The notes beneath the pieces were generated by a model that worked only from the letters and a program-made list of their open reading frames with translations, did no database searches and was not told the origin of the DNA. The position numbers were made by a program, and so were the translations under genes. Source: Candidatus Dojkabacteria bacterium (lineage in GTDB: Bacteria > Patescibacteriota > Dojkabacteria > JAHIVN01). From it: a DNA stretch of 64,000 bases. Below, one piece after another: positions 28,092 through 38,700 of this stretch. The stretch is taken from the NCBI GenBank assembly GCA_016932045.1, contig JAFGDO010000032.1, forward strand, positions 127,612 to 191,611. Direction: 5' to 3'. How positions within the stretch are numbered: position 1 is the stretch's first letter; each line of letters begins with the position of its first letter.

Positions 28092-28655
28092 CTACTCACT
28101 GAATTTTAGAACATTATAAGTTTCAATTTCTAGATTTCCCTTTTGCCAATCATTTATTCCCAGACCTGCCTTTAAACATAGATGAGACAGGAATTCTTGA
28201 GGTGTCTTAAGCTCATCCCATACTTGTGGCAGGAAAGTTGCAGAATATAGATTCTGTCGTAGAATGACTCCTGGTTTTTCTTTTCTGAGTTTTGTTATCA
28301 GGTTATCTGGATTTTTGTATTTAAGCAACTTAGGTTTATCCAGAATTGAAATTTCAATTTTTACCTTTTTGAACTCTTCCTTTGTGAGCTGGGCGAAGCG
28401 AGGGTCATCAAACGCAGCGGAGTAAGTGTTTTCAACTACATCCTTGTAAATTTCTTGAACAGGATATATTTTACCTATACAACCCCGGAGTTTTCCGTTT
28501 ATTGTAAGAGTTACAAATGTTGCTCTGTTTTGCCTTAAGTTTTCAGGGATGTCCGAATCTTTTACAACCAATCCCTTACCAGTTTCAAAAATTTTCTCTA
28601 GGGCCTTTCTTGAAAGGTTAAGAAGGTATTCTTGTTCCTTTTTTGGTAGATCCAT
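28092..28655 (-). CDS. amrA: AmmeMemoRadiSam system protein A (AMMECR1 domain)
   Basis: ATFVTL, LRGCIG, AAFDDPRF, EISIL, SATFLPQVW, LCLKAGL. Confidence 0.95.
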   Translation of the reverse strand: MDLPKKEQEYLLNLSRKALEKIFETGKGLVVKDSDIPENLRQNRATFVTLTINGKLRGCIGKIYPVQEIYKDVVENTYSAAFDDPRFAQLTKEEFKKVKIEISILDKPKLLKYKNPDNLITKLRKEKPGVILRQNLYSATFLPQVWDELKTPQEFLSHLCLKAGLGINDWQKGNLEIETYNVLKFSE

Positions 28656-28677
28656 AATAGGAGTGTTATTTAAAGCT

Positions 28678-29466
28678 TTACTTGTGAAATATTATTGATG
28701 CATAGCCAACTACCTTGGTTTTCTCCCCCGAAGTATCCCCAGACGTCCTATAATCAAGAAGTTTGGGTTTCCAGTGGTTTAATTTTGCAAGTTCTATAAG
28801 TATCATTATCCCAGCGGCTCCACATGCCTCCTCCTGATTAATTGTTGATTCAAGGGCTAATATCTTTTTAATTGTTTTTTCATCACACTTCTTTGCCTCC
28901 TTGTAAGATAGGTAATGAGAAAAATCCGAGCTGACTACAAGCAAAGTGTCTTCTTTTATATAGTTGTTAAGAGCCAAAGCTATTTCTTTGTGGCTCGTGA
29001 TCCTTCCTGTATTTAAAGGAGTAATCTCGAAGTCGCAAAGAATCGTTTGTAAAAAAGGTAATTGTACCTCTATACTGTGTTCAAAAGCATGGGCTTCATT
29101 CAATAATTTAAATGTGCTCCCGTCGTTCAGTTCTTTGTATAGAGTAGAGGAGGGAATACTGCCCAGAGGAGTTTGCCAGAGGTCAAAATTTGATAAGGCT
29201 ACGCCTTGAAACATCATTCTATGAGAGGTGCCTATAATAATTATATTTTTAGCTTTTTGTCCCCTAGCTTGAATTATCTTGTATCCATAAGCTGCAATTG
29301 GTCCAGAGTAAGCATACCCGGCATGAGGGGAAATTACTGCTTTGATTTCTTTTACTGGGTCAGAAGGTTTGGCATCTAGTAAGTATTTATTTACCGAGTT
29401 TTTTAGTCCCTGTTCATCCTCGGGATAAAAACTACCGGAAAAAGCAGGAGGGCGGATAGTAGTCAT
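28678..29466 (-). CDS. amrB: AmmeMemoRadiSam system protein B (Memo-like)
   Basis: RPPAFSGSFYP, PHAGYAYSG, TPLG, EHSIEVQLPFLQ, SSDFSHY, ACG, SGD, VVGYASI. Confidence 0.95.
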   Translation of the reverse strand: MTTIRPPAFSGSFYPEDEQGLKNSVNKYLLDAKPSDPVKEIKAVISPHAGYAYSGPIAAYGYKIIQARGQKAKNIIIIGTSHRMMFQGVALSNFDLWQTPLGSIPSSTLYKELNDGSTFKLLNEAHAFEHSIEVQLPFLQTILCDFEITPLNTGRITSHKEIALALNNYIKEDTLLVVSSDFSHYLSYKEAKKCDEKTIKKILALESTINQEEACGAAGIMILIELAKLNHWKPKLLDYRTSGDTSGEKTKVVGYASIIFHK

Positions 29467-29505
29467 TGGTGTTTGCCTTAGATGTTAGTTACAAAGGATG
29501 AATTA

Positions 29506-29994
29506 TTATAACTGTTTTGAGAAGATAAAACTAGGTAGAAGCTTACCTTTTTCGATTTCCCAGTTAGTTTCACCACTGATTTTAAAACCATTCTTTTCCC
29601 AGAAGTGTAGCACTCCCTTTTTAAGGTAGGGGTGTTTTTTATTTACCGGGCAGTATAGATTTTTACAGCTGTACCTTTTTGAGACTGCTATAAGTATATT
29701 TAATAACTTACTTCCGAGTCCTTTGTTTCTATATTCTTTTCTGACTGTAATTATTGAGATATAGCCGAGGTTTCCAGATTCATCATGCGTCTTTGAGATG
29801 TCATGATTATAGGGAGGGAAAGTTTGCTTTTTATGTATCTCCCACCCGAGATAGGCGAGTACGTCTTTCTGCTCTTTTATAATGATCAGCCCATCTTTAA
29901 ATGTATTCTCTAAAGACCTGAGTGTATTGAGATTTACCCCTCCATTCCTAAATGTTTCTTTTTCGATTGTTTCAATCTGCTGAAGGTCATCCAT
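29506..29994 (-). CDS. GNAT-family acetyltransferase
   Basis: ITVRKEYRNKGLGSKLL; FWEKNGF. Confidence 0.85.
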   Translation of the reverse strand: MDDLQQIETIEKETFRNGGVNLNTLRSLENTFKDGLIIIKEQKDVLAYLGWEIHKKQTFPPYNHDISKTHDESGNLGYISIITVRKEYRNKGLGSKLLNILIAVSKRYSCKNLYCPVNKKHPYLKKGVLHFWEKNGFKISGETNWEIEKGKLLPSFIFSKQL

Positions 29995-30107
29995 TAATAT
30001 ATTTTATAATATTTCTTTGGCATTTTGAAGGCGAATTTATGTTTCGATGTTACTTATTATTATGAAAGCCGTTAAAGAGTTTAATTAAATTATTAGTAAA
30101 TGACATC

Positions 30108-30959
30108 ATGAATAGTGAAAACAAAATCTGTAACCAAGAAGCGGCAGATAAATCTAACCAAGGAGGAGATTCTGATAGCTTTTTCTGCCTTGTTAAACAA
30201 TCTGGTAAAAGACAAGTGGCTTTCTTAGTAGCATTTCTGATAATTTCAGTAGTGTTAGGCGGAGCTGTCTTTGCTTATGGTTATATAAATACTTCGAATA
30301 GTAAGGAGAAGGATAGTGTTGGAAAGAATAATATCACAGAAGACAAAAAGAACTCGGAAAGGAATGGAGATCATAAAGAGGAGGTTAATGAGGATACTAT
30401 CGTAGGACAGGGAGATGTACAGAAATCAAAGACATTTTCAATTACTAAAGAGGAAGCAACTTTTGAATTTGAATATTTCGACTATTATTATGCTTCTGAG
30501 TTTCCATTCGAGGGATCTGAATACTTTCCAGTAGAGATAAATGTAAGGACAACGGAAGAAACGCCTTCGTATGAATCCTCAGATACTGAAACAGTTGCAA
30601 ATGTTTTGATAGTAAAAAAGAGTGAGGCAAGAGAAAATGTGAGTGGGTTTCCGGGAGAATTGACGGAAGAAGAAGGTTTTCTGATGACATATACTGCAAA
30701 TCAGTGTTTTATAGCAAACGGCCCATACGAACACATAATCTTAGATGGAAATGAAGTTGTGAGGATAGAAGAAACGGAAGAGTGTTTTCTGCCATCAGAG
30801 GGGGATGATCCTATATCGCCTCTTAAAACGAACGTCATCGCCTATGGTGTAAGTCTCGATGATGAGTATTTTGGGATAGTCTATAATATTAGCTATGGTA
30901 ACGATATCCTTCGAGATGATATATTGCGGCAAATAGCAGGAAGTATAAGAGTAGTGTGA
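30108..30959 (+). CDS. Hypothetical membrane-anchored extracellular protein
   Basis: Single TM helix near the N-terminus, acidic low-complexity linker, soluble domain. Confidence 0.75.
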   Translation: MNSENKICNQEAADKSNQGGDSDSFFCLVKQSGKRQVAFLVAFLIISVVLGGAVFAYGYINTSNSKEKDSVGKNNITEDKKNSERNGDHKEEVNEDTIVGQGDVQKSKTFSITKEEATFEFEYFDYYYASEFPFEGSEYFPVEINVRTTEETPSYESSDTETVANVLIVKKSEARENVSGFPGELTEEEGFLMTYTANQCFIANGPYEHIILDGNEVVRIEETEECFLPSEGDDPISPLKTNVIAYGVSLDDEYFGIVYNISYGNDILRDDILRQIAGSIRVV

Positions 30960-30976
30960 TTCAGAGAAGTTTTATA

Positions 30977-31014
30977 AAAAGGCTACATGGATGTATAATT
31001 CTATGTAGCCTTTT
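30977..31014. terminator. Strong hairpin, likely intrinsic terminator
   Basis: AAAAGGCTACATGGA-TGTATAAT-TCTATGTAGCCTTTT, starting 18 nt after the stop of 30108..30959. Confidence 0.6.
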
Positions 31015-31022
31015 CTATTTCT

Positions 31023-31904
31023 ATGAACAAACACATTATAGATTTCTTCTGGCACAAAGGAAAACCGTATTTGGTGACGAAAGAATTAAATTCTTCTCAC
31101 TATCAGAAAGAACCTCTTGTGGGGTTTAAATTCAATATCAAATTAAAGAAAAAAAGGTTATGCCCAGGGACCTACTCTTTACTTAAATGGCGGTATCAAG
31201 AATGTTCAGAAGGTAAAGATCTTACTGGAACTGGCTATCGCAGATGTAAGGTATGTGAGGATAAAATTGGTTTTAAGAATGCATTTCTATTTAACGGGAA
31301 TATTACGAATAAAGATCTAAGGGAATATCTTGGGCAGGAGCATTTAGTATATCTTGCGCAATTCCCTCCTGACATAATTAAGGTAGGAACTACATCTGTT
31401 CTAAGAAAGTACGATCGCTTATATGAGCAAGATGCTAGAATTTTTGCTTTTATAGCAAGAGCAACTGGGTTTGATATCCAATCGATCGAACGATTTATTT
31501 CCAGGGAACTAAACCTTCGAGAGAGTGTGTCACTCAGGCATAAATTAAAATACTTGGGTTTGGAAACGATGAAAGATAAAGCTTTCAATAACATTAAAGT
31601 GGTTTCTGAACTGGTGAAGAAAAAGCTTAAAGGAACCGAATTTGAAGCGTGGCTTTTAGATGAGGTTGAGCTGGGAGAGCTTGATGCTATTGGAACAGGA
31701 GTAGACCTCTCAAATGTTGAGTTATTAAAAAAATACACGGAAGTAGGGGGAAGAGTTAAAACCGTAAGAGGCAGAGTAGTAATTTTCGAAAATAATTCAG
31801 AGCTTTTTGCAATAGATGGGAAGAAATTGATAGGGGAGGTTATTGAGGAGCCTCAGCAAGATATAGTTTTAAAGGGGAAAAACGAACAAATGGGACTAAT
31901 CTAA
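31023..31904 (+). CDS. DUF2797-like protein
   Basis: CPG...C...CKVC, HLVYLA, IKVGTT, RLYEQDA. Confidence 0.75.
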   Translation: MNKHIIDFFWHKGKPYLVTKELNSSHYQKEPLVGFKFNIKLKKKRLCPGTYSLLKWRYQECSEGKDLTGTGYRRCKVCEDKIGFKNAFLFNGNITNKDLREYLGQEHLVYLAQFPPDIIKVGTTSVLRKYDRLYEQDARIFAFIARATGFDIQSIERFISRELNLRESVSLRHKLKYLGLETMKDKAFNNIKVVSELVKKKLKGTEFEAWLLDEVELGELDAIGTGVDLSNVELLKKYTEVGGRVKTVRGRVVIFENNSELFAIDGKKLIGEVIEEPQQDIVLKGKNEQMGLI

Positions 31905-31932
31905 TAAAAAAGAATAGTGGGAGATTAGAAGC

Positions 31933-32991
31933 TTATGCCCATACACCATCTATTCTTCCGGCACACCTGTCACATACACCTCTTTTTAAGGTTTGAAGCT
32001 TGGAAAATCCCCAGTCCCGTTTGATTAAAGTATTATTGCATGCTGGACAGTAGGTGCTCTGAAGATCCTCTCCCCAAATATTCCCGCCATAAACATATTT
32101 CAGACCCACCTCTTTACCGATTTTATAGGCCTCTCTAATCTTCTTTTCAGATGTAGTCATCTTATCCTTCATTTTATAAGCTGGAGAAAAACTTGAAACA
32201 TGCCAGGGTATTGAGGGAGAAACTGATAAAATAAATTCAGCGATTTGTGTAAGTTCTTTCTTCGAGTCGTTTTCACCCGGTATCACAAGGGTTGTGACCT
32301 CTACCCATACACCTTTTTTGTGATAGTATTTTATATTATCCAAAACAGGTTGGAGTCGGGCTTTACATGTTTTTTTATAAAAGTCATCAGAAAAGGATTT
32401 AAGATCAATATTAATGGCATCGAGGTAGGGGGTAATTTTGTCAATTGCATCGTGCGATGCATATCCATTTGATACATAGACATTTCTGATCCCGGCTTTA
32501 CTTGCAAGTATTGCAGTATCGTAGGTATATTCGAAAAATATTGCAGGCTCATTGTATGTATAGGCTATTGAAGGAATCTTTTTTTCTTCGCAAAAGCTTA
32601 CAATTGCTTCAGGGGGTAGATCGTATCCGTACCTAGTAACCTCAAGTTTCAGGTCTTTTAGCCTTTTTTCTTTGGATAGTTTCTTCTTAAATTCTTTTGC
32701 TGCTTGAGATATATCCCAATTCTGACAAAAGCTGCACCCAAAATTGCATCCGATTGTACCTATAGAAAAGACCTTGGTACCGGGAAGAAAGTGGAATAAT
32801 GGTTTTTTTTCTATTGGATCAATATTTGCAGCAACTGCTTTACCATAGACCAAAAGGTAGAGATCTCCGCTTATATTCTGTCGTACTCCGCATATGCCGG
32901 TGTTTCCGTCGCCAATTAAACAAAATTGCTTACAGGCTGTGCATTTAACGAATTTATTTTTCACCTTTTGATATAAAAGTGCTTTTTTCAT
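31933..32991 (-). CDS. amrS: AmmeMemoRadiSam system radical SAM enzyme
   Basis: CTACKQFC...GICGVR, DPIEKKPLFHF, GCNFGCSFCQNWDISQ (CxxxCxxC), AYTYNEP, NIDLK, C-terminal CPAC/CDRC. Confidence 0.96.
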   Translation of the reverse strand: MKKALLYQKVKNKFVKCTACKQFCLIGDGNTGICGVRQNISGDLYLLVYGKAVAANIDPIEKKPLFHFLPGTKVFSIGTIGCNFGCSFCQNWDISQAAKEFKKKLSKEKRLKDLKLEVTRYGYDLPPEAIVSFCEEKKIPSIAYTYNEPAIFFEYTYDTAILASKAGIRNVYVSNGYASHDAIDKITPYLDAINIDLKSFSDDFYKKTCKARLQPVLDNIKYYHKKGVWVEVTTLVIPGENDSKKELTQIAEFILSVSPSIPWHVSSFSPAYKMKDKMTTSEKKIREAYKIGKEVGLKYVYGGNIWGEDLQSTYCPACNNTLIKRDWGFSKLQTLKRGVCDRCAGRIDGVWA

Positions 32992-33323
32992 GGACAGAGA
33001 TGTAAAGAACTAGACTTTGGTTTCCAATTATACCTTTTTAAGTCTACCATGTATTTATCTGAAACAGCAATGCCTTCTTTTTCTAGGAGTTCTTTTTGAA
33101 GCTGTTTAGGAGCGTTTGGATTTTTGATACTAATGAAACCTTTTGAGTTTATTACGCGCCACCAGGGAATATCGAGTCCCTCAGGCATGTTGAAAAGTGC
33201 CCATCCGACCTGCCTTGCAGCCCGTGGTTTACCGAGTAAAATGGCGATAAAACCATAGGAGGTTACCTTTCCTTTAGGGATTTTTGAAACTAGATCATAA
33301 ACTTTTAGGTGAAAAGGGGACAC
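32988..33323 (-). CDS. Alkyltransferase-like (ATL/YbaZ, MGMT DNA-binding domain) protein
   Basis: IPKGKVTSYG, ARQVGWAL, PWWRVINSKG (Trp replaces the catalytic Cys of PCHR). Confidence 0.9.
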   Translation of the reverse strand: MSPFHLKVYDLVSKIPKGKVTSYGFIAILLGKPRAARQVGWALFNMPEGLDIPWWRVINSKGFISIKNPNAPKQLQKELLEKEGIAVSDKYMVDLKRYNWKPKSSSLHLCP

Positions 33324-33451
33324 TTGTGAGAAATTAAGAATTAAAAATGAGCAATTACAGGAGTCTTCCTGCCGGCAATCTTCAATTATTCGATGATACA
33401 GATATTCAATTAATAATTTGAAATCAAACGATAAAACTATGCGTCTATTAA

Positions 33452-34087
33452 CTATTTATCTACTTGACCTTCTATGTCATCTTGTACCTTCTCAATGGAT
33501 TGTTCTCCATTTATTTTGATAAGGATTCCCTTGTCTTTGTAATATTTAGTTAAAGGCTCTGTTTCTTTATGATACGTTGCAATTCTCTTTTTTACAGCTT
33601 CTTCTGTCTCGTCTTCTCGCTGTTCTAGCTTTGAGCCGCACTTGTCACAGATGTTGTCGACTTTTGGTTTTGGAGCTGTGTATATGTTGTATATTGTCTG
33701 ACAGGTTTTGTTCGAGCACGTTCTTCTTCCTGTAAGGCGGTTTATCGCTTCTTTGTCGGATATTTCTAATAGCACCACTTTATCTAACTTAAGAAATTCA
33801 TCTAATAATCTAGCTTGGTTTAGGTTTCTGGGGAATCCATCTAAAATTACGCCCTTTTTAGTATCATCTTTTTTTAATCTTTTGCTTACGAGCTTGACGG
33901 TCAGATCATCTGGGACAAAGATACCTTTGTCAATTAAATCCTTTATTTTGCTTCCAACTTCTGTCGTTGGATCGAGACTTCTAAATATATCGCCGCTTGA
34001 CACATGCGGTATCTTAAGTTTTTTAGATAGCAATTTGGCCTGTGTCCCTTTACCGGAACCCTGTACACCAATCATTAGGATGTTCAT
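33452..34087 (-). CDS. adk: Adenylate kinase (Zn-lid type)
   Basis: GVQGSGKGTQA, SSGDIFR, LDGFPRN, Cys-containing lid CSNKTC...CDKC, QREDE. Confidence 0.97.
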   Translation of the reverse strand: MNILMIGVQGSGKGTQAKLLSKKLKIPHVSSGDIFRSLDPTTEVGSKIKDLIDKGIFVPDDLTVKLVSKRLKKDDTKKGVILDGFPRNLNQARLLDEFLKLDKVVLLEISDKEAINRLTGRRTCSNKTCQTIYNIYTAPKPKVDNICDKCGSKLEQREDETEEAVKKRIATYHKETEPLTKYYKDKGILIKINGEQSIEKVQDDIEGQVDK

Positions 34088-34213
34088 TGAGTAATTAATA
34101 ATTAATAATTAATAATAAGGAGGAAGTTCGGCCATCTAACCATCCAGCCGTCCGGCTATTTACTTCGTATTATTCTCCGCCTAACAATCTCTACATCTGT
34201 AACGTCAATATTT

Positions 34214-34921
34214 TTACAGTGCCGGGTTCATTCCCCATACGGATAATAACCAAAATACGGATGAGACGACAAGAATAATTATTGACAATACAGCAAGAAT
34301 TCTCGAAACGGTTCTTTTAAGTCTGGAAGGATCAAAGGAAATTGCAGGATCAAATATAAAACCGAGCACAATTCCTCCAAGGAGGCCTCCTATGTGTGCC
34401 CAATTGTTGATAGCTGGGTTGATCATCCCGTATATCAAGTTATAAGCTATAAAGGGAACTAATTGCCTTTCATCTATTGGTAAGTCAAAAACATAAGTCT
34501 TTTTTGCCCATCCGTTTCCAAGTAGAAGTCCTGCAAGGCCAAATAGGGCTCCCGACGCCCCGGCTGATATCCCGTTTGTAAATATTAAACTAAGAATACT
34601 TGATGTTATGGCGGTTATAACATACGTTGAAAGCAACTTTTTCTGTCCGAAAAATTTTTCAATAAATGTACCGAGCTGATACAGGGTATAGGAATTCACA
34701 AGAAGATGTATAGGACCAATGTGCAAAAAGGCACAGCTTATAAGTCGCCAAATTTCACCTTCTAAAACAAGCTCTTTGAAAAGTGCCCCAAATCTTAGTA
34801 ATACAAGACTATTCGTTGACCCTCCAGCAATTTCTGTTGCCAACCAAATTATGATATTAGTGATGATCAATGCATAGGTGAGTTTTGCGTTTACTTTTAA
34901 TCTGAAGAAAAGATTATTCAT
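34214..34921 (-). CDS. Rhomboid intramembrane serine protease
   Basis: WRL, FLHIGPIHLLVN, GASGALFG, AHIGGLLGG. Confidence 0.95.
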   Translation of the reverse strand: MNNLFFRLKVNAKLTYALIITNIIIWLATEIAGGSTNSLVLLRFGALFKELVLEGEIWRLISCAFLHIGPIHLLVNSYTLYQLGTFIEKFFGQKKLLSTYVITAITSSILSLIFTNGISAGASGALFGLAGLLLGNGWAKKTYVFDLPIDERQLVPFIAYNLIYGMINPAINNWAHIGGLLGGIVLGFIFDPAISFDPSRLKRTVSRILAVLSIIILVVSSVFWLLSVWGMNPAL

Positions 34922-35017
34922 ATGAAATTACGATACTGTCTCCAAATGGATCAGCTTTATCATATAAAATTTAAGGGTTATCGGAAACCAAGCGCAAAGA
35001 TATAAAATATTCTTTGC

Positions 35018-35557
35018 CTATTGAATATCTATCGTTACAGATGCAGACTTGGTTCTTGTTCCATCTGTATTTACAACCTCAGCCCAAACAGAATATCGTC
35101 CTTGCGGTACTTTCGCCCAGGAAGTTTTGTATTCACCTTTTTCAAGTCCTCTGTAGCCCTCTCCGATTTCTAGGATCTCTCCGCCACTTTTTTGTGCAAG
35201 AAATACCACTATCTCGCCATTTGTGTAAAAGCCTTTCGTTGACAGTCCTATGATTTCATCGGGAAGTGCAATGGAAGAATAATTCTCAGGATAAATCATA
35301 AAAAATTCATTCGTAATCGTGATATCTTCTCCGGTTTGGGGAAGAGAAAAGTCAACTGTAGGCCAGGTTGCAACTGAGGAAATGTAAATAAGTGAGCCAA
35401 CAAGTGCGCAAACACTTATAATTACTACCGGCATTGTTCTGCCGAGTACGTTTAAAAGGTCGAGTTTTTTCTCGATCTTTTCAATTTTGGCGAGAAGTCC
35501 TTCTATAGACTTTTTTTTAGTTTGGGGCATTTTATCTTTTTTCTTTTGAGGTTTCAT
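35018..35557 (-). CDS. Hypothetical membrane-anchored protein with beta-rich (Ig-like) C-terminus
   Basis: One TM helix; W...GRYSVWAEV...SASVTIDI beta-sandwich-like ending. Confidence 0.7.
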   Translation of the reverse strand: MKPQKKKDKMPQTKKKSIEGLLAKIEKIEKKLDLLNVLGRTMPVVIISVCALVGSLIYISSVATWPTVDFSLPQTGEDITITNEFFMIYPENYSSIALPDEIIGLSTKGFYTNGEIVVFLAQKSGGEILEIGEGYRGLEKGEYKTSWAKVPQGRYSVWAEVVNTDGTRTKSASVTIDIQ

Positions 35558-35710
35558 AGGTGGAAATTTATAATTGATTACTTATAAGATACTAGATAAA
35601 AGGGACTATGTAAAGGGGAGTAAACGAAACCAGAATTCATTAGTCCGTATTTTGGATCATCCAGTTTATACCCTAGACTTGAATGAGGAATAGAAAAAAC
35701 GAAGTAAGAA

Positions 35711-38700
35711 TCACGAAACACCTCTTGTTGGTATGCCATCAGGCCAGCAGTGATTCCTAAAATCACAATTCTGGCAATGACGGTATTCTTTTGTTCTCTC
35801 AAATTCTAGGTTCCTGATTTTTTCCATATTACTTCGTACGATATCCTTTAAATCCTCAATTTCATCGATGGAATAATTATAAGTCTCCTTCTTTGCTTTT
35901 CTACCGCCCTTTGATTCAACAAAGTCAAATTCTCCTGTAACAACTTCATAGTTGAAATTCCTGTCCAGACTAGAGAGAAGCTTGTAAAAAAGTATCTGTC
36001 TGAAAAGATCACCATCCGATGTTTTTGTCTTCCCTTCGATTTCTCCTTTGGATTTCGGTGATCCTGTTTTATAATCAATGACTTTTACATGCTTTCTGTC
36101 TTTATCCACCCACTCTATCTTATCTACTTTACCCGAAAGAGGTATATTATTTAAGTAAACCTTTCTAAACCCAAATGAGTACTCATTGTAAAGAGGCTCC
36201 TTAAAACTATTCATATTATTCTTATAATACTCATCTAATACCTTTTGTCCGCGAGTAAGGAGAGTAGAGTAGTCTTCCTTTGTAAGAAGTTCTTTTTTGA
36301 GTGCCTTTGCATATTCTTGAATAAGCAGTGTTTTCTGAGGCGCTTTTTTCTGTTTCTTGAATTCTTTGAAATAATTCTCGAGTGCCTTATGAATTGCGGT
36401 TCCAAATGAGAGATAGACTGGCTTTGCCCGCGGGGTTCGGAGTATATTATTCAGCTTGAATTTATAGGGACATTTCAGATAGTTATTTAAAGCAGTAACA
36501 CTAAGTTTCATATTTGCGATTATCGATTGCAGAAAATCTTCCTCTTTTAGAACAGATTTATTCGAGCTTGGAAGCTTGAGTTGTTCTCCGATTTTGTCCT
36601 TAAGAGCTTTTTCAAATTCCGTTGTTGCAATTTGTTTCACGAATTGTCTATCAATTTCAGTTATAAACATTGAGGGAACAGCTTCGCGGGAAAAGCCTCC
36701 ACTTTGATACTTTTCACTATAGGTGATGTATACTTGTTTTTTTGCCCTTGTAAGTGCAACGTAAAAGAGCCGTCTTTCATCTTCGTTTTTTTCCTTTTGC
36801 CTATCCTCGCTTTCTAAAATTTCTTTTGGAAGCTTTATATGTTCCCTAGTGACATTATTGCCCCATTTTTTATCGATACACTTGGTGATGAAAACATGAT
36901 TAAACTCTAGTCCCTTGGCCTTGTGTGCTGTTAGAAGTTTAACAGCATCACTATCGTTTTCAAAAGTTTGCTCTTCAATTTTTATATTGTTCTCTTTCAT
37001 TAACTCTAAATTCTCAAGAAAGCTAGCGAGGTCAAGCGTATGATCCATATAATTAAGTTCTTTGATTTTACTAAAGAATGTATTGATCGTATTTATCCTT
37101 GAGATGTTGTACTTATCTCTAAGAACCCAGTTTAAAAAACCGCTTTCATGAAGAAGAATTTCGAAAAATTCTACAAAAATTTTATTTGTAGAGAGGCCTT
37201 GCCATTTGTTAAGGTCTTCTCCTAGTTGGATAAGTTTTCCTGGATTTTCTAAGTTAATTTCGTTAAAAATATCATGATCTATGATGGCATCTAGGAGATT
37301 AACTCTTTTCTCTGATGCAAAACGAGCTAGTTTAAGGACGTCGAGTTTATTTAAATTCAGGAAGTCGAAATTCAGCAGAGTGAATAAGTCAATGTCTTCT
37401 CCTGGTTTCTCTTTTAAATCTCTTAGAACTTTTAAAAGGAGAATGAGTCTCAATATGTCTCCATCTTCTAGGATGTCTCTGCCTCCTGTTATCTCATAAC
37501 GGATACTTGAGCGGGCGAGAGCATCTTGTATATCTTCAAAGTCCTTATTTTGCCTTACAAGAATTGCTATTTGGTCAGGATCAGAGCCATTATTCAAAAG
37601 CTCTTTTATTTCCATTGCTATAAACTGATTCTCGCTTTCTGCAGTTGAAAATCTTGCAATCTTTATCGGAGAGTTAAATTGTTTTGCTCTGCTTTTTAGT
37701 TTCTTTTCTATTCCTTCAAGTTTCAGCAAGTTCTTATCAATGAGGGTTCTTGAAGCGTCAAGTATGCATTGGCTGCTTCTGTAGCTACTTGTGAGAGTTA
37801 TGACTTTTGCATTCTTGAATAAATTCTTGAAATATAAAACATTCTCAAGAGAAGCTCCCTGAAAGCGATAAATTGACTGTTCATCATCCCCCACAGCGAA
37901 AATATTTGGATTTTCCCAATGATCGGTTAGCAGTCTGATTATGTTGTTCTGACTGGAGTTTGTATCCTGATACTCGTCGACAAGAATGTAGAGGAATCGC
38001 TCTTGAAGAGTTAACTTCAAATTCTCATCATTTTTTAGTTTATCTACGACTAAATTAATCATATCTTCAAAATCAAACCGTTTTATCTTGCTCATTTGAT
38101 CCTGATATATTCTGTAGATCTTTAATAACTCCTCTTGCTTTTGTACGTTTTTTAACTCTTGGATGTATTTCACGCAGGGTTTGCCGGTTCTCGGATTGAT
38201 CTTCTTTTCTGACTTATCAACACGCATTCTTTCATCATCTATAAGATTTTCGAGTTCAACCGGACTTATTCCTTCACGTTTTAGATCTTGAATCGCTTTG
38301 ATAAGACTGTTTATGTAAAAATACGGAACATTCAGGGGTTTTAGAATATCTAATTCGGTTGTGTCAATTATTTGCTTGAACAGCTGAATTCTTTCAAGTT
38401 CGGATAGGGGAGTAGTATCTTCGGTTATTAGAAATTCTTCGGAGAATTCCTTTATGATATCGGTACAAAAGGAATGAAATGTGTTTATATTTACGTAGTA
38501 AGAACTAGGACCTATGATTTCGCCTAGTCTTTCTCTCATGGCTTTTACGCCACTTTCTGTAAAGGTGAGTGCGAGTATCGACTGGGGATCTGTATCCGTT
38601 TTCTTTAGGATATTTGCTATGCGCATTGTAAGGGTTAGTGTCTTACCTGTTCCGGGTCCGGCGATTATCATGACGGGTCCTTCGATTGTGCTGACAGCAT

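Noticed and set aside
35578-35802. 74-aa minus-strand ORF
   Set aside because: Overlaps the helicase C-terminus in another frame; no family signal.
35711-36500. Cas4-like nuclease motif suggesting a CRISPR locus
   Set aside because: It is the C-terminal domain of a UvrD helicase; no repeat-spacer array or other cas genes are in the window.
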